Assembly (NCBI GenBank): GCA_904501625.1
Contig: CAJGBR010000001.1
Location: 2,589 to 66,588 of the forward strand
Direction: 5' to 3'
DNA from: an uncultured Rikenellaceae bacterium
GTDB lineage: Bacteria; Bacteroidota; Bacteroidia; Bacteroidales; Rikenellaceae
Length of the DNA: 64,000 nt
The translations under genes and the position numbers were made by a program. This document shows, piece after piece, positions 36,992 through 45,651 of this stretch (its first letter is position 1; the number at the start of each line of letters is the position of its first letter). Under the pieces are notes generated by a model, which saw only the letters and a program-made list of their open reading frames with translations, did not search any database and was not told the DNA's origin.

Positions 36992-39133
36992 ATGAAGAAA
37001 CCTTTATTATTACTTGTGTTGTGCTGTACGATGCTTTTTGCAAATGCAAGCAAACCGTTCAGTTACGAGCAAATCAAAAACGGAACATTCGCACAAAAAT
37101 ATGTTCCAGCTCAACGTTCAATGGCCAATGGCCTGAGTTACACTGCATTAGAAAAAGGCAACGTTGTTCGTTACAGTTACTCGACAGGCAAACTCGAAGG
37201 AATTATGTTTGATTGTGGAGCAGCAAAACTTCAAATCAAACCGAGTGGCTACCAACTCAGTCCCGACGAAAAGACCATCTTGCTCGAGACTAATGCCACT
37301 CCGATTTACCGTCACTCGTATACTGCAGATTACTATCTATACACCATTGCTACGGGAGAACTCAAACCGTTGCTGACAGAGGGAAATCAAAAAATTGCAC
37401 GTTTTTCTCCTGACGGCAAAAAGGTTGCATTCGTTCGCGAAAACAACATCTTCGTCATTGACGTTCAAAGTGGCGAACTGACTCAACTGACTAAAGATGG
37501 CAAATTTAACGAAATAATCAATGGCCACACAGATTGGGTTTATGAAGAAGAATTCGGATTCACAGATGGTTTCCAATGGTCACCAGACTCAAAGAAGATT
37601 GCATACTACCGTTTCGACGAATCACACGTGAGCATCTATCCGATGAACCGTTTCGATGACAAACTCTACCCGACCGTCTACTCGTTCAAGTACCCGAAAG
37701 CGGGCGAACCTAACTCATACGTCGACATCTATGTTCACGACCTTGCTTCAGGTGACAGAACCAAAATCGACATCGGTGAAGAAAAAGACCAATATATTCC
37801 TTGGATTCAGTGGACTTCCAAAGGCGAACTCACCCTGTTCCGTGCAAACAGACTTCAAAACGACATTGACCTGTTGGTAGCCGACGAAAAGGGTGCTACA
37901 CGCGTAGTCTATGAAGAAAGTGATCCGAAATACATCGAACGAATCAGCAGCGAAACTGCAACATTCCTCGAAGACGGAGATCGCTACATTGTTATGAGCG
38001 AACGCGACGGTTGGCGTCATATGTACCTTTATTCTATCAGCAAAGGTCTGCTTAATCAAATCACAAAAGGCGAGTGGGAAGTGACTCAGATTTGCGGCAT
38101 CGACTCAAAGAGAGGCATTATATATTATATGTCTACCGAGACATCTCCGCTTGAACGCAACCTCTACTCTATCAAACTAAACGGTAAAGGCAAAAAACGC
38201 ATCACTACCGAAGCCGGCACATACAGCATAAACTTCTCAAGAGGTCTGAAATACTACACATCAAGATTCTCAAATTTGACAACTCCAACTATCACATCGA
38301 TTCATACTGCAGACGGCAAACTCGTGCGTATGATTGAAGATAATGCAAAACTCAAACAAACCCTCGAAGAGTACGGAGTTCCTCAAAGAGAATTCTTCAC
38401 ATTCAAGAACTCAATGGACATCACCCTTAACGGATTTATGATTAAACCCAACAACTTCGATCCGAACAAGAAATACCCTGTGTTTATGACTCAATATAGT
38501 GGACCTGGATCACAACAAGTTGCAAACCGTTGGCAGATGTCTTGGGAAGATGCATTGGTTCAAGAGGGTTATATCGTAGTTTGTGTCGATGGCCGCGGCA
38601 CAGGTTACAGAGGAGCTGAGTTCCGCAAATGCACATACGGCAACCTCGGTTACTTCGAGGTAATTGACCAGACTGATGCTGCGAAATATCTTGCAACACT
38701 GCCTTATGTTGATGCATCACGCATCGGCATTTACGGTTGGAGTTTCGGTGGATTTATGTCATTGAACTGTATTCTGAAAGCATCTGACGTATTCAAAATG
38801 GCAATTTCGATTGCCCCTGTAACAAATTGGCGTTACTATGATTCAATCTACACAGAGATCTATAACGGACTGCCTCAGAACAACCCAGATGGTTACGATC
38901 AGAACTCACCTATTAACTTTGCAGACAAACTGAAAGGCAAACTTCTGATTGTTCACGGCTCGGCTGACGATAACGTTCACCTACAAAATGCAATGGAGAT
39001 GATTCGCGAATTGATCCGTGCCGGAAAACAATTCGATATGATGATCTATCCTGACAAGAACCACTCGATTTTGGGCGGAGCTCGTCACCACCTGATGAAA
39101 CGCTGCATCAACTATGTCAAAGATAATCTGTAA
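36992..39133 (+). CDS. dpp4: Dipeptidyl-peptidase IV (S9B)
   Basis: Collinear with Porphyromonas gingivalis DPP-IV as I recall it (TDWVYEEEFG, YKYPKAGE.NS, QYSGPGSQQV, VDGRGTG.RG, nucleophile GWSFGGFMS, GSADDNVHLQN, DKNHSI). Confidence 0.93.
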   Translation: MKKPLLLLVLCCTMLFANASKPFSYEQIKNGTFAQKYVPAQRSMANGLSYTALEKGNVVRYSYSTGKLEGIMFDCGAAKLQIKPSGYQLSPDEKTILLETNATPIYRHSYTADYYLYTIATGELKPLLTEGNQKIARFSPDGKKVAFVRENNIFVIDVQSGELTQLTKDGKFNEIINGHTDWVYEEEFGFTDGFQWSPDSKKIAYYRFDESHVSIYPMNRFDDKLYPTVYSFKYPKAGEPNSYVDIYVHDLASGDRTKIDIGEEKDQYIPWIQWTSKGELTLFRANRLQNDIDLLVADEKGATRVVYEESDPKYIERISSETATFLEDGDRYIVMSERDGWRHMYLYSISKGLLNQITKGEWEVTQICGIDSKRGIIYYMSTETSPLERNLYSIKLNGKGKKRITTEAGTYSINFSRGLKYYTSRFSNLTTPTITSIHTADGKLVRMIEDNAKLKQTLEEYGVPQREFFTFKNSMDITLNGFMIKPNNFDPNKKYPVFMTQYSGPGSQQVANRWQMSWEDALVQEGYIVVCVDGRGTGYRGAEFRKCTYGNLGYFEVIDQTDAAKYLATLPYVDASRIGIYGWSFGGFMSLNCILKASDVFKMAISIAPVTNWRYYDSIYTEIYNGLPQNNPDGYDQNSPINFADKLKGKLLIVHGSADDNVHLQNAMEMIRELIRAGKQFDMMIYPDKNHSILGGARHHLMKRCINYVKDNL

Positions 39134-39156
39134 GATAGATTTCTATTAATCATAAA

Positions 39157-39184
39157 AGCACCGAAAAAATCGGTGCTTTTTTTG
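39157..39184 (+). terminator. Rho-independent terminator after dpp4
   Basis: AGCACCGA (39157-39164), loop AAAAA, TCGGTGCT (39170-39177), then T7. Confidence 0.85.
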
Positions 39185-39212
39185 TAAGTCAAGAATATAT
39201 TACGTACCTTTG
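39181..39212 (+). promoter_or_regulatory. Bacteroidetes promoter driving the cobalamin riboswitch
   Basis: TTTG (39181-39184), 20 nt spacer, TACCTTTG (39205-39212), immediately before the P1 5' arm of the riboswitch. Confidence 0.7.
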
Positions 39213-39398
39213 TATCGGAGAATCAAGGTGTCTGAACCATCCTTTCGGTCTGTTCAGAATAATAGGGAATCCGGTGCAAATCCGGAGCTGTACCCGTAGC
39301 TGTAACCTCGAAAAAAAGATTGTTACAACTCCAAGTCACTGTCCATCTGGATGGGAAGGCTAAAACAATCTGAGGAAGCCAGAAAACCTGCCTCGATA
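39213..39398 (+). promoter_or_regulatory. Cobalamin (B12) riboswitch aptamer
   Basis: Conserved core AATAGGGAATCCGGTGCAAATCCGGAGCTGTACCCGTAGCTGTAA. Also the GTCACTG...GGGAAGGC element and the B12 box GCCAGAAAACCTGCC. P1 is TATCG(G)AG / CTCGATA. Confidence 0.92.
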
Positions 39399-39567
39399 CT
39401 CGCTATTCAATGCTTCGGGTAAAAGGCAGCGAATACAATGTTTCGGCTTAAACAGCTAATACTGGACCATAAAGCCAATTCATTTGTATCACTCTTTTTA
39501 TTCCCAATTAATTACTAACCGCAGCTGCCACGTGTTAAGCATCACGTCTGACAACTGCAAAAAATTA

Positions 39568-40623
39568 ATGAGAATGAGAAAGAATTTTCTTAATCTGTTT
39601 GTGACCTCAGCACTTTTGCTGGGATTCACAGCCTGCGACAGTGATAATAATCAAGATTATCACGACTCAGACCAACCAACTCTTGTAGACAGTATTCGTT
39701 ATTTTGCCACTTGCGAAGGCAACTACACCAGAGGCAATGCATCAATCACGGCAATAATGAACGATGGCTCGGTACGCCAGAATCTGTTCCAAAGCATCAA
39801 CGGCAGACCGCTGGGCGATGTGGCTCAATCGATGTCACTGATTGATGACAATTTCTACATCGTACTAAATAATTCTGCCAAAGTAGAAGTTGTTGATGAT
39901 AAGCAATTTAAATCACAAGCAACAATACTGCTCTACAATCCACGCACCCAACCTAGATACATCTGCGGAATCGGAGGCTACAAGGCAGTACTGACTGATG
40001 CTACGTGCGACTCACTCCGAATTATTGATACCCGTACATTCGAAATCGTTCGCAGAATCTATGTCGGATCTCCTACAAACCTAATGACTGCTGTCGGTAC
40101 GAAACTATTCATCAAGGCCGGCAATGAAACATTAATCTATAATACGGCTACCGATAATTTCACAAAACTCAACTTTTCAGCGACTGCTGACTCGAAAATG
40201 GTTGTGGATAAAAGTGGATACCTTTGGCTTTTGACTACCGATGACAACGGAACATTACTAATAAAAATTGACCCGACTACGGAACAGATAGTACTACAAA
40301 AACGTCTCGACCAAATCACAGTAGATCAATGGGGTGCTCGAATTTCAATTTTGGACAATACGATCTATTTCAGTGCAATAGATAGCAACTACAAGTCGTA
40401 CATATGTAAGTATTCAATCCAATCAGACAGCTACTCATTGGCATTCACTCCGACCGAAGTAACATATCTTTACGGAATGGATATCGTGAAAAATAATTTC
40501 GTAATATGTGATGCCGTCGATTTCAGTCAATCTGGTTACCTGATTGAAATGACTCCAAATGGAGAGGTGATAAATAAATTTAAGGCCGGAATATCACCAA
40601 ACTTTATTTACGACAATAAATAA
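39568..40623 (+). CDS. Surface lipoprotein, YncE/DUF5074-like beta-propeller (candidate corrinoid-binding protein)
   Basis: Lipobox LLGFTACDS. The pattern CEGNYTRGNASITAI...NG.PLGDVAQSM....NFYIVLNNS.KVEVVD matches my recollection of DUF5074 cell-surface proteins. It is the only gene downstream of the B12 riboswitch. The function is inferred. Confidence 0.6.
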   Translation: MRMRKNFLNLFVTSALLLGFTACDSDNNQDYHDSDQPTLVDSIRYFATCEGNYTRGNASITAIMNDGSVRQNLFQSINGRPLGDVAQSMSLIDDNFYIVLNNSAKVEVVDDKQFKSQATILLYNPRTQPRYICGIGGYKAVLTDATCDSLRIIDTRTFEIVRRIYVGSPTNLMTAVGTKLFIKAGNETLIYNTATDNFTKLNFSATADSKMVVDKSGYLWLLTTDDNGTLLIKIDPTTEQIVLQKRLDQITVDQWGARISILDNTIYFSAIDSNYKSYICKYSIQSDSYSLAFTPTEVTYLYGMDIVKNNFVICDAVDFSQSGYLIEMTPNGEVINKFKAGISPNFIYDNK

Positions 40624-40635
40624 CAAATCACCACG

Positions 40636-40676
40636 AAAAAAAGAATCCTGTCCGATTAAGACAGGATTCTTGGTTT
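40636..40676 (+). terminator. Rho-independent terminator after the riboswitch-controlled lipoprotein gene
   Basis: AAGAATCCTGTC (40641-40652), loop CGATTAA, GACAGGATTCTT (40660-40671), then GGTTT. Confidence 0.75.
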
Positions 40677-40867
40677 AGTAAAGGTTAATAACCTTCTATT
40701 TTCGAGTACGGAAACAAAGTTAATAAATCAAAACGACCATTTCAAATTTAGTAGACTAAACATCTTTTTTAGTAGACAAAAACAACTTCACCACAAACCA
40801 ATCAATAACAATTAACTCAATTTAAAAAAATATTACCAATAAAAAGTATAATTTCCGATAAAACTTG

Positions 40868-40875
40868 TAACTTTG
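40868..40875 (+). promoter_or_regulatory. -7 box TAACTTTG upstream of gcvT
   Basis: 29 nt upstream of the ATG at 40905. Confidence 0.5.
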
Positions 40876-40904
40876 CACCAAACTGAAAGTAAATTTTTAA
40901 TAAT

Positions 40905-42014
40905 ATGAAAACTACTCCATTTACAAATTACCACATTGAAGCCGGAGCCAAAATGGCTGAATTTGCCGGTTACAATATGCCAATCGAATTTTCAGGCATC
41001 ACTGATGAACACACAACTGTACGCGAAGCTGCAGGTGTTTTTGACGTTAGCCATATGGGCGAAGTTTGGGTTAAAGGTCCTAAAGCTGTAGAATTGCTTC
41101 AGAAAATCACAACTAACGACGTAACTGCATTGTACGACGGTAAGGTTCAATACACTTGTATGCCTAATGGTCAAGGCGGTATCGTTGACGATTTGTTGGT
41201 TTATCGTTTTGATGCAGAATCATACCTCTTGGTTATCAATGCTGCAAATATTGATAAAGACTGGGCTTGGATTAGCAAACACGGTCAAGAAATGGGTATG
41301 CAAATCGGTAAAGATAAAGAACTTTATAACGCTTCTGATGATATCGCACAATTGGCAATCCAAGGTCCGTTGGCAATGAAACTCGTTCAGAAAATGTGTA
41401 ATCAACCGGTTGAAGATATGGAATACTACACATTCTGCGTAACAGAAGTTGGTGGCGTTAAAGATGCAATCTTATCTATCACAGGTTACACAGGTGCAGG
41501 TGGTTGCGAAATCTATATCCCAAAAGAAGCTGCTGCAACATTGTGGAATGCTATGTGGGAAGCTGGTAAAGAATTCGGTCTGAAAAACATCGGTCTTGGT
41601 GCACGCGACACATTGCGTTTGGAAATGGGCTTCTGTCTCTATGGTAACGATATTGACGACACAACTTCTCCAATCGAAGCAGGTCTGGGTTGGATCACTA
41701 AATTCGTAGACAACAAACCATTTATCGATCGCGAAAAAATGGAACAACTCAAAGCTGAAGGCGTTAGCCGTAAACTCGTAGGCTTTGAAATGATCGACCG
41801 CGGTATTCCACGTCACGGCTATGAGATTGATGACAACGAAGGCAATATCATTGGACACGTTACTTCAGGTACAATGTCACCATCAATGAAGAAAGCTGTC
41901 GGTATGGCATATGTTGCTACAGCATTCTCTAAGACAGGTAGCGAAATCAATATCGTTGTTCGTGGAAAACAACTTAAAGCTAAAGTTGTTCGTCCTCCAT
42001 TCTACAAAAAATAA
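40905..42014 (+). CDS. gcvT: Glycine cleavage system aminomethyltransferase (T protein)
   Basis: [22 protein letters not shown]-like (LAIQGPLA), [27 protein letters not shown]. Confidence 0.95.
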   Translation: MKTTPFTNYHIEAGAKMAEFAGYNMPIEFSGITDEHTTVREAAGVFDVSHMGEVWVKGPKAVELLQKITTNDVTALYDGKVQYTCMPNGQGGIVDDLLVYRFDAESYLLVINAANIDKDWAWISKHGQEMGMQIGKDKELYNASDDIAQLAIQGPLAMKLVQKMCNQPVEDMEYYTFCVTEVGGVKDAILSITGYTGAGGCEIYIPKEAAATLWNAMWEAGKEFGLKNIGLGARDTLRLEMGFCLYGNDIDDTTSPIEAGLGWITKFVDNKPFIDREKMEQLKAEGVSRKLVGFEMIDRGIPRHGYEIDDNEGNIIGHVTSGTMSPSMKKAVGMAYVATAFSKTGSEINIVVRGKQLKAKVVRPPFYKK

Positions 42015-42040
42015 TCTAACACAAAATAACTGATTAAATT

Positions 42041-42436
42041 ATGAAAAAATTTTCATTGATCGCGTTGATCGCAGTAGTAGTACTCTCTTTGAGTGCTGGT
42101 GCTCAAAAAGTTAACCTTAAAATCAATCTTCCGAAAGAAGGACGAGCATATATTGCAGACACTCTTCCGAGAAAATATTTTGCACCAACAATGTTGATGG
42201 TTGTTGCTCAGGATATGAAAAACAATATTGCTCCTGAAAATGTTGAAGTTAAAATCAAAGGCCCGAATAGCTTCTTTGACAAATTTAACATCACAGGTGG
42301 TACTCAAAGAAACTACAAATCTTTCCCACAAGATTCTGTTGAAGTGACAGTTACTAAAGCTGGTTACAAGACAGTTACTTTCAAGGCTCTTGTAAAATTG
42401 CCAGGAGTTATCGCTGTAAGACTTGACGCAGAATAG
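42041..42436 (+). CDS. Small secreted hypothetical protein (PEGA-like beta-sandwich motif)
   Basis: Signal peptide. The C-terminal VEVTVTKAGYKTVTFKALVKLPGVIAVRL resembles a PEGA/carboxypeptidase-regulatory-like strand pattern. It starts 26 nt after gcvT. The family call is weak. Confidence 0.45.
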   Translation: MKKFSLIALIAVVVLSLSAGAQKVNLKINLPKEGRAYIADTLPRKYFAPTMLMVVAQDMKNNIAPENVEVKIKGPNSFFDKFNITGGTQRNYKSFPQDSVEVTVTKAGYKTVTFKALVKLPGVIAVRLDAE

Positions 42437-42455
42437 TTTTATTATCCAGTCAAAT

Positions 42456-42492
42456 AAAAAGGGTGTCCCACACGGAACACCCTTAATTTTTA
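42456..42492. terminator. Bidirectional terminator between the small secreted protein gene (+) and the thioesterase gene (-)
   Basis: AAGGGTGT (42459-42466) pairs with ACACCCTT (42477-42484), and CC/GG extends the stem. An A-run precedes it and a T-run follows. Confidence 0.75.
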
Positions 42493-42505
42493 TATGTAAG
42501 TTGCA

Positions 42506-42889
42506 CTAACCTAGTTTTGCCATAAATCGTGCAGACTCAACGGCAATCCTGCGATGCGTAGCTCGACCAATCTCACCACGATTATCTCGTGCCACAATTT
42601 CAAAATCAATAATACGACCATCTATCGCAATAATTGCAGCCTGAGCTTCAACATCCGCTCCCATCGGTGTAGCTCGTGTATGCTCGAGATTTAGCATTAC
42701 GCCAACTGTAGTCCACCCCTCCGGCAACGAACCGTCCAAAGCAACACACGCACTCTGTTCCATTAACGCAGCCATTGATGGGGTTGCATAAACCTCCAAT
42801 AGTCCGCTACCAACAGCTGCAGCACTTTTAGCGCGATCAACTTTTGCAACGGCCAATCCCGTTGCACCGACTTTAGCATTTATATCCAT
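42506..42889 (-). CDS. Hotdog-fold thioesterase family protein
   Basis: 127 aa. The pattern VGSG.L.V.ATP.M.ALME.A...L......G.TTVG..L...H...TP.G matches my recollection of the COG5496 / fluoroacetyl-CoA-thioesterase-like family. Confidence 0.65.
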   Translation of the reverse strand: MDINAKVGATGLAVAKVDRAKSAAAVGSGLLEVYATPSMAALMEQSACVALDGSLPEGWTTVGVMLNLEHTRATPMGADVEAQAAIIAIDGRIIDFEIVARDNRGEIGRATHRRIAVESARFMAKLG

Positions 42890-42894
42890 AACAA

Positions 42895-44085
42895 TTATTT
42901 TACTATACGTTCAGCCATTGCAGTTGCCATCGCATCACACGTAGCAAGTTTTTCAGGAGTAACCATACCAAAAATTTCTACCGGAGCTGCGACCTGTTCC
43001 CAACCCGATTTTTCTGCGAATTCTGCCAGACGGCGTACTCCGCCACCATTCCAGGTAAACGAGCCAAACAAACCGAGATAACGATTTTTCAAACTCAAGT
43101 GAGACATATGTGAAATAACATTAGTCATTGTTGGCAACATTTCGCCATTATACGCACAACTACCCAAGATAATACCTTTACATCTCCACATTTCGCTAAT
43201 CAGGAATGACACGTGAGTCTTCGATGCATCATAAACACGAATATCTCTTACTCCTTGTTGAGCCAATGTACGAGCTATTCTATCGGCTACGGCTGCAGTA
43301 TTTTCGTACATTGTACCATAAATGACTACAACAGCATCATCTGCTTCATATTTACTCCAGCGGTCATAGAGTCCCAATACATATCCTGGATCTTCTCTCC
43401 AGATCGGGCCGTGTAACGGAGCAATAATCTTAACAGGAACACCTGCCAGTTTAGCGAATGCTTTCTGAACCATTCCTGAAAATTTACCCACAATGTTCGA
43501 GTAGTATCTACGCATCTCGTTATCATAGCGACCACGTGCAAACTGGTCATCAAACAATGCTCCATCAAGTGTACCAAACGTACCGAATGCGTCTGCCGAG
43601 AACAATATCTGATCCGTAGCATCATATGTAACCATACTTTCTGGCCAATGCACCCACGGGGTAAATACAAATTTCAACTTATGTTTTCCAAGATCAAGTT
43701 CATCACCATCGGCAACTTCAACCAAACCGTCAGTAATTCCGTAATAACCTTCAATCATTTTAAATGTCTTGGCATTACCAACAATCTGAATATTAGGCCA
43801 ACGTTTTTTAATTTCACCCACTTCACCTGAGTGGTCAAGTTCCATATGGTTAACAATCAGGTAATCGGGTTGACGATCACCCAACAGACGTGCTATCGAA
43901 TCGACATAACCGGCTCCACGAGTACTTTCAACCGTATCAAGCAGAGCAATCTTCTCATCTATAATAACATACGAATTATAGCACACGCCCTCTGGCAATG
44001 GCCAAATATTTTCAAATAGTTCTTTACGTCTATCGTTCACGCTAATTACGTAAACCGAATCGTTAATTTTCACAAAATTATCCAT
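42895..44085 (-). CDS. FprA-family flavodiiron protein (A-type flavoprotein; O2/NO reductase)
   Basis: N-terminal MBL-like di-iron motif NHMELDHSG. The C-terminal flavodoxin-like domain contains VVVIYGTMYENT. Confidence 0.88.
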   Translation of the reverse strand: MDNFVKINDSVYVISVNDRRKELFENIWPLPEGVCYNSYVIIDEKIALLDTVESTRGAGYVDSIARLLGDRQPDYLIVNHMELDHSGEVGEIKKRWPNIQIVGNAKTFKMIEGYYGITDGLVEVADGDELDLGKHKLKFVFTPWVHWPESMVTYDATDQILFSADAFGTFGTLDGALFDDQFARGRYDNEMRRYYSNIVGKFSGMVQKAFAKLAGVPVKIIAPLHGPIWREDPGYVLGLYDRWSKYEADDAVVVIYGTMYENTAAVADRIARTLAQQGVRDIRVYDASKTHVSFLISEMWRCKGIILGSCAYNGEMLPTMTNVISHMSHLSLKNRYLGLFGSFTWNGGGVRRLAEFAEKSGWEQVAAPVEIFGMVTPEKLATCDAMATAMAERIVK

Positions 44086-44117
44086 CTGTTTTAATTTTAA
44101 TTATAAGATTTTATCAT

Positions 44118-44693
44118 TTATATTCTACCTGACTCATAGAGTCTTATAACCATTTCAATCATTCTATCTTCACCTTCGGCATCGTATTGCTCTTTCAGAT
44201 TCGAGCCAAATATACGTGCCACTGTCTGCCAAAATCTCGCAGACAATCCACCCCTGAACTCCTTAAGCAGTGCATACGACGTACTGCCCGTTTGTCGGTC
44301 AATCAATTTTATCAAAATATGTCCCTGGGAAATTGTCATTCTTTTCAGAATCGGAGTGTATCTTTTTATTAACTCCTTCTCAACAGACTTAATATGCCGT
44401 TCCCTGCTGCGCTTATCTGGAATTGCAGCCAATTCATCTTCAAGTTGCAACATTCGTTCGTTGGCATACCTGGCTATGGGATAGACCTTTTTGACATTTC
44501 GCACCAACCGATTATAACGACGCATATCAATCGGTCGGGCAAAAACCATCACAGGCTTGAGTTCAAAGTGCTGTATTGTCTCTCCTTTATACTGTTTTTT
44601 ACCATATTGAGCAATCACAGATTGTCCCGACACATTATCTGCGAAACAACACAATCCTAAGACAAGCAACAAATATGTAAAAATTCTTTTCAC
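44118..44693 (-). CDS. DUF4294 domain-containing protein
   Basis: Signal peptide. The motif LKRMTISQGHILIKLIDRQTGSTSYALLKEFRGGLSARFWQTVARIFGSNLK matches the conserved DUF4294 core as I recall it. Confidence 0.7.
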   Translation of the reverse strand: MKRIFTYLLLVLGLCCFADNVSGQSVIAQYGKKQYKGETIQHFELKPVMVFARPIDMRRYNRLVRNVKKVYPIARYANERMLQLEDELAAIPDKRSRERHIKSVEKELIKRYTPILKRMTISQGHILIKLIDRQTGSTSYALLKEFRGGLSARFWQTVARIFGSNLKEQYDAEGEDRMIEMVIRLYESGRI

Positions 44694-44720
44694 CTACCCA
44701 CTCCTCTCAAAATCAAATTT

Positions 44721-45617
44721 CTATGCTGAAATTATCTTTTCAAGACATTTATCAATCATATTTTCAACGGCGTCCTGATAATTGGTACGACTATCACCCG
44801 AAGCACGCTGTGCAATCGCCACACAGACGGTCGTAGCATCGTGCCCCATCAATTTTGCTAATCCCGCAAGTGCCGAGGACTCCATCTCGTAATTAGTGAT
44901 TCTCAATCCATCTGCCCTGAACAAAGCCAACCGATTGTTAAAATCAGGAGGTGTTGAGGGCTGCAATCTGAGCCATCGACCTTGTGGAGCATAAAAACCT
45001 GGAGCAGAAATTGTCATTCCGGGAATTGTTATATCCGAATATAATTGATTTAATTTTTCTGATGATTCAATGAAATAGGGTCTTGCCATCTGAGGATTCC
45101 ATTCGACAAAATCACAAAATCTACGTTCGAGATCTACCCGGCAAATCTGATTTCTACCCTTATAAAAATTCAATAATCCGTCAAATCCGATTGAAATCTT
45201 TGACAGAATCATATCTCCGAGAGCTATATCCGACTGTAATGTTCCAGAAGTTCCGAGTCTCAATATTTTCAGTTTAGTCAGATGCTCCTTCTCACAACGT
45301 CTGTTCAAATCGACATTCACCAAAGCATCAAGTTCTGACATAACGATATCTATATTATCCGTACCGATACCTGTTGACACCACACTGATTGGAACGTGTC
45401 CATATTCACCGGATACAATTCTAAACTCGCGGTTCTGAATCGAACAATATCTTTTCGTAAATCTTTCAGCCACGCGATCAACACGAGCCGGATCTCCCAC
45501 CAAAATCACTCTATCAGCCAATTGTCCCGGTCTGAGGTGCAGATGGAATATGCTGCCGTCGGGATTTAGCATCAATTCAGATTTCTTAATTTCTCTCATA
45601 GACCAAGATTTTTCCAC
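44721..45617 (-). CDS. Nucleoside phosphorylase (PNP/UDP family 1; uridine phosphorylase-like)
   Basis: ILVGDPARV, VVSTGIGTDNIDIVM, LGTSGTLQ, YEMESSAL. The start may be Met7 at 45599. Confidence 0.8.
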   Translation of the reverse strand: MEKSWSMREIKKSELMLNPDGSIFHLHLRPGQLADRVILVGDPARVDRVAERFTKRYCSIQNREFRIVSGEYGHVPISVVSTGIGTDNIDIVMSELDALVNVDLNRRCEKEHLTKLKILRLGTSGTLQSDIALGDMILSKISIGFDGLLNFYKGRNQICRVDLERRFCDFVEWNPQMARPYFIESSEKLNQLYSDITIPGMTISAPGFYAPQGRWLRLQPSTPPDFNNRLALFRADGLRITNYEMESSALAGLAKLMGHDATTVCVAIAQRASGDSRTNYQDAVENMIDKCLEKIISA

Positions 45618-45651
45618 TCTTAATTTTGCTAACGAAGATTTATATTGTTTA

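Noticed and set aside
40780-40904. Looked for a glycine riboswitch upstream of gcvT.
   Set aside because: The candidate -7 box leaves a leader of only about 25 nt. No GGAGAG...CACCG-type aptamer core is visible in the 280-bp spacer.
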